A stretch of DNA of 64,000 nt from positions 1 through 64,000 of the IMG/VR virus record IMGVR_UViG_3300046542_000291; one strand, 5' to 3'. Made by a program: the position numbers and the translations under genes. A model generated the notes under the pieces. The model was not told where the DNA came from. It did no database searches and saw only the letters and a list, made by a program, of their open reading frames with translations. Below, in pieces: positions 47,828 through 53,984 of this stretch; position 1 is the stretch's first letter, and each line of letters opens with the position of its first letter.

Positions 47828-48922
47828 ATGAATACATTGAGTTGGCTGGAGAAGCAGGTCCCTTCTCTTGAAGATGGCCAACCCCTCCAAGAAGACGGTA
47901 CCCGTGAAGATCCGAGTAACCGTCCTGTCGTACCTGATTCCGCTGATGAAAGCGATGTAGGTGGTGATCGTTCACATGACGACAACCGTGAGCACCACAT
48001 GGGTGGTCGTGTTACAGACCCGGTTGAGGAAGTCGAGAACAACACGTTTGTCGATGACTACACCCCCGCCGATCACGTCAGAGAAGTAGAAGAAACCATT
48101 TCCATTGAAGGATTGGTCGAAGGTATCCGTAAGTTTTTCGGTATGCACAACCGAGGTAAAGACTACGTTGAGTTCGAACAAGGGAATAACCAAAACCTGG
48201 CGAACATGACCAAACAGATTGACAATACCTACGGCAACACTGAATGGTTGGGTAAGCAATCCCCCGTACAGGGCAAAGTCAAAGTTGAGGATATCTCTGG
48301 TTCGGTGAATATCGACAACCTTGCCGATAGCCTTACTCAGATTGCCAGCAGTGCCTTGCAGATCCAGAATGCCAAAACCGAAGCTGCCCGTAAGTTTGTA
48401 CAGTCGCTTAAACCTGGCCTCGATCTCATTGCTAAAGCTGGTAAGCCGACCGATGCAGCCTATGAAGCATTAAAGCCTCTTCTGGCTGAAGCAAAGCCAG
48501 CGTCTGAGCTTTACCGTGGTCCAAACAAAGCTGCTGCCTCCGATGGGAAGACGGTAGAAGAAGCAGATCCAATCGCCATCGCCGACATGCCTGCGATTGC
48601 TGGAGTGTTGTCGAAAGTCCTCAAGGACCTGGACAGTGCTAACGATGATCTACGCGAAGCTATCTATTCCACTTCGAAAGCGATGGAAATGGAATCCTTC
48701 ACCACGTACTTTGCCGAACGCCCTAATGGGAACCTGGGAACTCCAGCTGGTTCGAAATACAATGGCGATGCATGGACAGCCCTGGGCCAAGGTATTCGTA
48801 GAAAGCTTATGTCGTGCAACGTTCCACCGGTGATCGCGTCGTCTACCGCTTTTGACAAAGCATGCCGAGCTACTGCTATTTACCTGGAACGCTCCATTAA
48901 AGGCGGTAAGGTTGCTGAGTAA
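47828..48922 (+). CDS. putative internal head protein with acidic propeptide (364 aa)
   Basis: PSLE and ISIE match the S/A/G-X-E prohead protease cleavage motif of phiKZ-like phages; acidic N-terminal ~95 aa. Confidence 0.6.
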   Translation: MNTLSWLEKQVPSLEDGQPLQEDGTREDPSNRPVVPDSADESDVGGDRSHDDNREHHMGGRVTDPVEEVENNTFVDDYTPADHVREVEETISIEGLVEGIRKFFGMHNRGKDYVEFEQGNNQNLANMTKQIDNTYGNTEWLGKQSPVQGKVKVEDISGSVNIDNLADSLTQIASSALQIQNAKTEAARKFVQSLKPGLDLIAKAGKPTDAAYEALKPLLAEAKPASELYRGPNKAAASDGKTVEEADPIAIADMPAIAGVLSKVLKDLDSANDDLREAIYSTSKAMEMESFTTYFAERPNGNLGTPAGSKYNGDAWTALGQGIRRKLMSCNVPPVIASSTAFDKACRATAIYLERSIKGGKVAE

Positions 48923-49029
48923 GCAATAATATAGACCAAAGTTCGTACCTGGTCTAGTCAAAGTCGTGCGCCGGAGCCATCTCCTTTTCTTGATGGCTTC
49001 TAGAAGTGATCCTTCTGCGACTGTCACCT

Positions 49030-49059
49030 CATAACCGAGCCCTTTCGGGCTCGGTTATG
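49030..49059. terminator. hairpin terminator
   Basis: CATAACCGAGCCC-TTTC-GGGCTCGGTTATG perfect dyad. Confidence 0.8.
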
Positions 49060-49085
49060 TCTGCTTCAACTTAAAGGACATTTTG

Positions 49086-49097
49086 TGTAATAGTATA
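49086..49097 (+). promoter_or_regulatory. TGTAATAGTATA promoter-like motif, copy 1
   Basis: Identical 12-mer repeated at 49161 and 50538. Confidence 0.6.
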
Positions 49098-49147
49098 CGT
49101 GGATATTGTGCCCTCTTTGAGAAACAGTACCACCAGAGCCGAGAATT

Positions 49148-49172
49148 AAAATACTCTGCTTGTAATAGTATA
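49148..49172 (+). promoter_or_regulatory. AAAATAC-N6-TGTAATAGTATA promoter-like motif, copy 2
   Basis: Upstream of tRNA-Tyr; resembles the phiKZ middle AAanntTAC element. Confidence 0.6.
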
Positions 49173-49268
49173 CGGAAGCACTGTCGTAACGCCTAAGATT
49201 GAGTCCAGCAGCGCCTAGAGCGCGGCATAGAAAACTTTCTCTTAACGTTGCTATGGTGTTATCCTGTC

Positions 49269-49353
49269 GGGTGTGTTGGGGAGTGGCCAAACCCAGGAGA
49301 TTGTAAATCTCCCGTCGCTGACTTCGCAGGTTCGAATCCTGCTGCACCCACCA
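49269..49353 (+). tRNA. tRNA-Tyr(GTA)
   Basis: Class II cloverleaf, GGAGA-TTGTAAA-TCTCC, GCAGG-TTCGAAT-CCTGC, A73, encoded CCA. Confidence 0.95.
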
Positions 49354-49539
49354 ATTCCGGGAATGCTCTATTAGAGTGTGCCTAAAGAATCTCTTGAGAT
49401 ATACGCCCTTAACGGTACGCTCGACCTTGTCCTATGGATAACCTCGACTGCTATGAGAAGCGAAGAATGTGGTTGGTAGCGGCCCTCTCAAGTAAGATAG
49501 CTAGGTTAATGCCAGCTTAGCAAGTTACCGTGGTTTAAT

Positions 49540-49608
49540 GCCAGCGTAGTTCAATTGGTAGAACACCGGCTTAGCCGGAGGTTGTGGGTTCGATTCCCGC
49601 CGCAGGCT
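49540..49608 (+). ncRNA. tRNA-like element A with truncated anticodon arm
   Basis: GCCAGCG/CGCAGGC acceptor, GTTC/GAAC D arm, GTGGG-TTCGATT-CCCGC T arm; anticodon arm only 13 nt (CCGGC-TTA-GCCGG); no CCA. Confidence 0.8.
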
Positions 49609-49609
49609 G

Positions 49610-49719
49610 CTGATCAGAAGGCTAGCAATAGCAGAACTAAAACGAGGCGCCGGTACGCGCCTACCCAACTAACGAACGACCTGACGCGCAGGGTAATCAG
49701 TGGTTGGGGAACTGGTCAG
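49610..49719 (+). ncRNA. structured RNA, copy A
   Basis: Stems CTGATCA/TGGTCAG, GCTA/TAGC, GGCGC/GCGCC, CCCAAC/GTTGGG; linkers identical to the copy at 50201-50310. Confidence 0.8.
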
Positions 49720-49863
49720 GTAAAGAATACCCCTCTGTTGGTGGAGCGAGGCAGAGTTGGCGGCGTTAGTGATACGCAGCTGGGTTATTTGGTCTTAAGT
49801 GATCAACATCGCGGCACATTTTACCGGAGCAATGCTGGGACTAGTGCCTTACATTGTTTCATT

Positions 49864-49940
49864 GCGATCATAGCTCAGTTGGTTAGAGTACTTGCCTGTC
49901 ACGCAAGGGGTCGCGGGTTCGAGTCCCGCTGGTCGCGCCA
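49864..49940 (+). tRNA. tRNA-Asp(GTC)
   Basis: Canonical cloverleaf, CTTGC-CTGTCAC-GCAAG, G73, CCA. Confidence 0.97.
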
Positions 49941-49959
49941 TATTCACTGGAGATGTTTC

Positions 49960-50121
49960 ATGAAAGTCAAGATCCACCAACGCCCTCTTAAGGTCATGGG
50001 TCCAGCCGAATGTCGCTGCTGCGACCAACTCAGCTGGAAAGATTTGAAACTGGATAAGCAAGCATTGAAAGAAGCCGTTAACGATACAGCTTACGCTCTC
50101 GATAAACGGCGAGCAGCATAG
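49960..50121 (+). CDS. 53-aa peptide with CRCC (MKVKIHQRPL...)
   Basis: GGAGA SD; sits between tRNA-Asp and tRNA-like element B. Confidence 0.6.
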   Translation: MKVKIHQRPLKVMGPAECRCCDQLSWKDLKLDKQALKEAVNDTAYALDKRRAA

Positions 50122-50123
50122 AC

Positions 50124-50199
50124 GCCACCTTAGCTTAAATTGGTAAAGCGCCTCTACCGTAAGGTTTAGGAGATTGCAGGTTCGATTCCTGCGGTGGAT
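50124..50199 (+). ncRNA. tRNA-like element B with GNRA-capped anticodon arm
   Basis: GCTT/AAGC D arm, GCAGG-TTCGATT-CCTGC T arm, CCACC/GGTGG acceptor core; anticodon arm CCT-CT-ACC-GTAA-GGT-TT-AGG; no CCA. Confidence 0.75.
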
Positions 50200-50200
50200 G

Positions 50201-50310
50201 CCCGATAGAAGGTTCTTCGGAACAGAAGTAAAACACGGCGTCATTACACGCCGATCTAGTAAACGCGACCTAGCGATCGTAGGGTAATCAGTTACTAGAG
50301 AACTATCGGG
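50201..50310 (+). ncRNA. structured RNA, copy B
   Basis: Stems CCCGATA/TATCGGG, GTTC/GAAC (UUCG loop), GGCGT/ACGCC, TCTAGTAA/TTACTAGA; covaries with copy A. Confidence 0.8.
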
Positions 50311-50537
50311 GTACAGAGTACAGTCAGACGGGCGTATCGCAAATGCTGACTGGAACAACCTTCACTGCTTACGAGTCGGGGCAGTTCTAATCGAAAGATT
50401 GATGCAGCTGGTTAAGAGCCCAGTACTGACCACCAAATTCAAAGTTTCAAGCACCGCCTGGTCCAGAAGTTAGCCAGGGTAAAACGGTCATCCAGAGGAA
50501 GCCTGGTATAGCGATCCAAATGTAAATGTTGGTTCTA

Positions 50538-50549
50538 TGTAATAGTATA
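50538..50549 (+). promoter_or_regulatory. TGTAATAGTATA promoter-like motif, copy 3
   Basis: 20 nt upstream of tRNA-Asn. Confidence 0.6.
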
Positions 50550-50569
50550 GGACGAGCATTGCTCCCCAT

Positions 50570-50654
50570 TGGCAAGTACCCGAGTTGGTAGCAGGGGCCG
50601 GACTGTTAATCCGTTTGCGAAAGCACACCGCTGGTTCGAGTCCAGCCTTGCCAG
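50570..50654 (+). tRNA. tRNA-Asn(GTT) with long variable arm, no encoded CCA
   Basis: TGGCAAG/CTTGCCA acceptor, G73, loop CTGTTAA, variable arm TGC-GAAA-GCA, GCTGG-TTCGAGT-CCAGC. Confidence 0.8.
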
Positions 50655-50722
50655 CATTCCGTAAAAGAGTCCAATGGACTCTTTTATTCTGTCTATTAGT
50701 TCGAACCCAGGGAAGAACTTAC

Positions 50723-51289
50723 ATGTCGAAAGTTAGAACAAAAGATATCAACGGGTACATCGCGCTGTATTTACCTGACCATCCTTCAGCTAAAGAAAAC
50801 CCGAAGATGTTTGGCTGGGTGTATGAACACAGGTTAGTGGCAGAAAGTTTTTTGAATCGTCGTCTTTACGATGGTGAGGAAGTCCACCATCTGGACGAGA
50901 ATAAGAAGAATAACCACCCAGAGAATCTATTGGTACTCACGCAATCGCAACATGCGAAGTTGCATGCATGGATGAGGAGGATGGGTATTGATCCTAAGAC
51001 TTACCCAACACGTATCTGTAAAGCGTGTAAGAACGTACTATGGGTATCCCAGGAATGGTTCTGTTGCGATGCCTGTGCCAAAGTCGGTGCGCGTAAGGTA
51101 GAGCGTCCATCTAAAGAACAACTGACCATGGACATTACCGTATTGTCTTTAGTGAAAGTCGGACAGAAGTATGGAGTATCCGATAACAGTATCCGCAAGT
51201 GGTGTAAATTCTACGAAATTAATATCCAGCCAAAGTTTGCCCGCTATCGCGCAGGTGGCGGTGGTGAGGTAGCCATTCAACTACAATAA
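50723..51289 (+). CDS. HNH endonuclease with C-terminal Zn-finger/HTH (188 aa)
   Basis: YEHRLVAE...EVHHLDENKKNNHPENL; CxxC..CC..C; YGVSDNSIRKW helix-turn-helix. Confidence 0.88.
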   Translation: MSKVRTKDINGYIALYLPDHPSAKENPKMFGWVYEHRLVAESFLNRRLYDGEEVHHLDENKKNNHPENLLVLTQSQHAKLHAWMRRMGIDPKTYPTRICKACKNVLWVSQEWFCCDACAKVGARKVERPSKEQLTMDITVLSLVKVGQKYGVSDNSIRKWCKFYEINIQPKFARYRAGGGGEVAIQLQ

Positions 51290-51299
51290 AGAATTTATT

Positions 51300-51803
51300 A
51301 TGACTTACAAGCTTGAACTGATTGAACACAGTAATACCTACGAAAAAGGTAAGTTCCTGCGACTGATTGATTTACTTAGCGTCTACGAGAAGGATGGATT
51401 CATAAAGCTGATCCTTGCTGTAGAACTGGATAGTCTTGACCGCAAAGGTAAGTTGGAAACACCTTTCCATATCGTCAAGGCTTACACCGAGAGTGGCGCT
51501 TTGGTTGGGTATTCGTTTTACTATCCCAAAGAGAAGACCTGTGAGTTCTATGTACTGCCACACTGGCGGGGGAAAGGTATCGGTACGCTTCTGGTTAATG
51601 CCATGCGTGAGAACTGGTCAGGTACTTCGGTGCTCTGTGCTTACCGGGGCTTTGATGGATGGAAGAACTTCTTTGACCGTAACTTCATCCTGGAGATGGA
51701 CCCTTATGAAAATGGGGGTTCAGCAACCGAACGCAATGCGCGTAAGAAATCAGCTAAGTTGTCAATGTCTCGTCAAATGACTAAAGCTGGTATTACAGCG
51801 TAA
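51300..51803 (+). CDS. GNAT-family acetyltransferase (167 aa)
   Basis: Motif A FYVLPHWRGKGIGTLLV. Confidence 0.85.
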   Translation: MTYKLELIEHSNTYEKGKFLRLIDLLSVYEKDGFIKLILAVELDSLDRKGKLETPFHIVKAYTESGALVGYSFYYPKEKTCEFYVLPHWRGKGIGTLLVNAMRENWSGTSVLCAYRGFDGWKNFFDRNFILEMDPYENGGSATERNARKKSAKLSMSRQMTKAGITA

Positions 51804-51816
51804 AGAGGAACAACGC

Positions 51817-51939
51817 ATGGAACCGTACATGACCATCCTAGGGATGGGTTTCACAGAACACGAGCTGACGGTTTGGCTGGCTACCTTTGCAGCGTGCTGT
51901 ATGGTGGGTATGTTTGCAATGATTGCCTTTAACGACTAG
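51817..51939 (+). CDS. 40-aa single-TM peptide
   Basis: GAGGA SD; MEPYMTILGMGFTEHELTVWLATFAACCMVGMFAMIAFND. Confidence 0.65.
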   Translation: MEPYMTILGMGFTEHELTVWLATFAACCMVGMFAMIAFND

Positions 51940-51948
51940 GAAAAGAAT

Positions 51949-52260
51949 ATGTCATGTGAAGATCTTCTGTTTCATGGTAAGCGTACAACTCAAGGCGTAA
52001 AGATCCTAGAGTATCCAACCTACACCATCGCTAATCTAACGGGTAACCGTTGGAACGTTCTGTGTCGTATGTACGGTGACTCGGGTTATCAACCCAGTGA
52101 AGCGGCCTGTAAGGAGTGGGTGCGTCGCCACATCAATCATTACGTACGTTTGGAAGAGCTTACCAAACTGCAAGACAAACTGGACCGGATAGAAAAACAC
52201 ATCAAAGGCCTCGGTTATAACTCCATTGAAGAATTTGCGGTTGAGCACACAGGTGACTAG
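51949..52260 (+). CDS. hypothetical protein (103 aa)
   Basis: AGGA SD. Confidence 0.7.
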   Translation: MSCEDLLFHGKRTTQGVKILEYPTYTIANLTGNRWNVLCRMYGDSGYQPSEAACKEWVRRHINHYVRLEELTKLQDKLDRIEKHIKGLGYNSIEEFAVEHTGD

Positions 52261-52263
52261 ACC

Positions 52264-52386
52264 ATGGAAATAGTAATGACCCTGTTTGGCGCACCCATTA
52301 CTGGCGAGCAGTTAGTTTTCGGTATAGCTGCTCTTTGTATAGCCACCGCATTTATCTGCGTGGGTTTAATCGTATCTGGAGATTGA
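52264..52386 (+). CDS. 40-aa single-TM peptide
   Basis: MEIVMTLFGAPITGEQLVFGIAALCIATAFICVGLIVSGD; packed between neighbouring genes. Confidence 0.6.
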   Translation: MEIVMTLFGAPITGEQLVFGIAALCIATAFICVGLIVSGD

Positions 52387-52387
52387 T

Positions 52388-52642
52388 ATGGTACAGGCAT
52401 GTTGCGACAGCGTAGGTAAGTACATCAGTGAAGAAGGTGTCCTGGATACCGAGAAGGTACGGGAACGGTTTGGGCTGGACGCGGTAATCGAAGTACGTGA
52501 GGATAAAGAATCTGAACTGGCCAAATGGATATTCACCAGGGAAGCACGCTACCCCTCAGAGACATTTGTGATTGTCGGGGAAGTGGAATCGAAACTCTGT
52601 GTTTGCCCATGCCACCGAGTTGGTTTGATGGTGATGCATTAA
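52388..52642 (+). CDS. hypothetical protein (84 aa)
   Basis: GGAGA SD; C-terminal CVCPCH; followed by a terminator. Confidence 0.65.
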   Translation: MVQACCDSVGKYISEEGVLDTEKVRERFGLDAVIEVREDKESELAKWIFTREARYPSETFVIVGEVESKLCVCPCHRVGLMVMH

Positions 52643-52645
52643 TAG

Positions 52646-52668
52646 GGAGCCTTAGGGCTCCTTTTATG
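52646..52668 (+). terminator. hairpin terminator
   Basis: GGAGCC-TTAG-GGCTCC-TTTT. Confidence 0.7.
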
Positions 52669-52710
52669 CCCTATCGTTATGTTATTAAATTTACCGTTTA
52701 CGAGGCAACT

Positions 52711-53433
52711 ATGATCGAGCAAATGCTGAATCCAGGTGTATTGCTCCCCGAGGATACCGGCGACGTGATTTTTCTTTACGACCCCGTTACGAATACGGAT
52801 CTCATCGGCGGCCCTGCGGTGAGTACGTTATCAGGGGGCGCAATCGCCGACTCAACTATCCTGATCAATAACCAGCCCACACTTAAGTTCCCAACTACAA
52901 ACGCAAAGCATGTCATCACGTGGCCAACGGATCTAAACTTGGCTATCGGCAACTGGACATTAGAATGGTCTTTTATCAATGACAGCACACCGGCGGCGTA
53001 CGGCAACGATCTTGTAATGTATTCCAGGTCAGGTGGTTCGGGTGTAGGTGTTTATATGCGCTTCGGCAACACGGGTTTTGGTAATCGTTATTTCATGTCC
53101 GATCCGAGGGGTGCGGTTGACCAAACTTTAACACAACCTCTACCGATTGCTAACTCATCACTGACCGGGGTCACCACTAACATAGCCTTGGTGAGTATTC
53201 AAGGTGTTATCCGAATCTACGTCAACGGCGTAGCTCAAATGATGGCCCTAGGTGTAAGCACTAATACTTACGACAGACCAAGCATGATAGCTCAGGGAAT
53301 GGATAAGATTTATTCCATTGGTCTGGGGTGGGCTGTTTCTGCTGTCCCCGCGGTACCAGGTCACCGCGGACGAATTAGGTTGAGTAACTTCGCCAGATAC
53401 AGACGGAGCTATACGCCAGGACCGTTGGTGTAG
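52711..53433 (+). CDS. ConA/LamG-like lectin-fold protein, probably virion-associated (240 aa)
   Basis: GAGG SD; GNWTLEW, NIALV..QG.IRIYVNGV, IRLSNFARY pattern of phage LamG-like modules. Confidence 0.65.
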   Translation: MIEQMLNPGVLLPEDTGDVIFLYDPVTNTDLIGGPAVSTLSGGAIADSTILINNQPTLKFPTTNAKHVITWPTDLNLAIGNWTLEWSFINDSTPAAYGNDLVMYSRSGGSGVGVYMRFGNTGFGNRYFMSDPRGAVDQTLTQPLPIANSSLTGVTTNIALVSIQGVIRIYVNGVAQMMALGVSTNTYDRPSMIAQGMDKIYSIGLGWAVSAVPAVPGHRGRIRLSNFARYRRSYTPGPLV

Positions 53434-53436
53434 AAT

Positions 53437-53463
53437 AAAAATACTGGTCAGGTAATACTATAC
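53437..53463 (+). promoter_or_regulatory. AAAAATAC-N6-GGTAATACTATA promoter-like motif
   Basis: Variant of the 49148 motif, heading a non-coding RNA block. Confidence 0.55.
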
Positions 53464-53703
53464 AGGAGACTGCACTCAAACCTGTCTCTGTTGGAAGGTG
53501 CCTAAACTCAACCTAGGCAACGGGCTGCACAGCCAATAGAGTAGAAGCCCTACGACCACGTCAAGCTGTCTATAGTGAAGCCGTGATCAGGGAAGCCCAC
53601 CGCCGTACCCTTAGTATATCGAATCCGGGATAGACCCTGGTGAAGACCCAATAATCACCCGAAGGGCAAAGAAGGTGGACGGTACTACAGCGTATCTGTA
53701 GTA
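53463..53703 (+). ncRNA. candidate structured RNA
   Basis: No plus-strand ORF; stems CTCTGTTGG/CCAATAGAG, CCACC/GGTGG, GGTGA/TCACC, TACTACAG/CTGTAGTA; seven GAAG tetramers. Confidence 0.5.
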
Positions 53704-53777
53704 GCTCTGATCGTCTAACGGTAAGACAGTTGCCGCCCAGGCAACGTACATGGGTTCGACTCCCGAGATGAGCACCA
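53704..53777 (+). ncRNA. degenerate tRNA-like element C (nominal CCC anticodon, G33)
   Basis: GTCT/AGAC D arm, GTTGC-CGCCCAG-GCAAC, TTCGACT T loop, only 4 acceptor pairs, ACCA end. Confidence 0.7.
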
Positions 53778-53815
53778 TTTATAGATTCAATTGCCCCCGG
53801 AGGCATTTGCGTCGA

Positions 53816-53907
53816 ATTTGAAAGATATAGTGGGTATCACTGGCCTGACCGTGGTTGGTCCTAATGCTGGTTTCCCTCTTAATGAGAGGTAGGTATCTCT
53901 TTCAAAT
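53816..53907 (+). ncRNA. candidate four-way-junction RNA
   Basis: Closing stem ATTTGAAAGA/TCTTTCAAAT-like with inner hairpins AGTG/CACT, GACC/GGTC, CCTCT/AGAGG. Confidence 0.45.
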
Positions 53908-53984
53908 ACAGTCGCTCTTCTTACCCAAGATCGGCAACCTACGAGAATTAAGTGCACTGCTTATAAAGAGTGCCAGAGTTTGTG

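Noticed and set aside
49500-49549. TAATGCCAGCGTAG resembling the TPP riboswitch L5/P5 region
   Set aside because: It overlaps the 5' end of tRNA-like element A. The UGAGA-ACCC and ACCUGA elements are not in the required arrangement, and there is no thiamine gene downstream.
49609-50310. Theta/HDV-like, hammerhead or hairpin ribozyme identity for the twin RNA
   Set aside because: There is no nested double pseudoknot with G1-U, no CUGANGA/GAAA core and no N-GUC site in both copies. A different self-cleaving class is not excluded.
49555-50358. Track ORFs 49555..50121, 49849..50358, 49066..49347 and the 5' part of 50585..51289
   Set aside because: They are read-throughs of tRNA and ncRNA sequence; only 49960..50121 and 50723..51289 have proper SD starts.
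50694-50712. GTTCGAACCC T-loop-like word before the HNH gene, and GCCCGCTATCGCGCAGGTGG near its end
   Set aside because: These could be fragments of a tRNA split by the HNH insertion, but no complementary stems could be built.
53820-53833. AAGATATAGTGG similar to the group I intron S element
   Set aside because: No matching R (GACUA) partner, P3-P8 core or interrupted gene was found.
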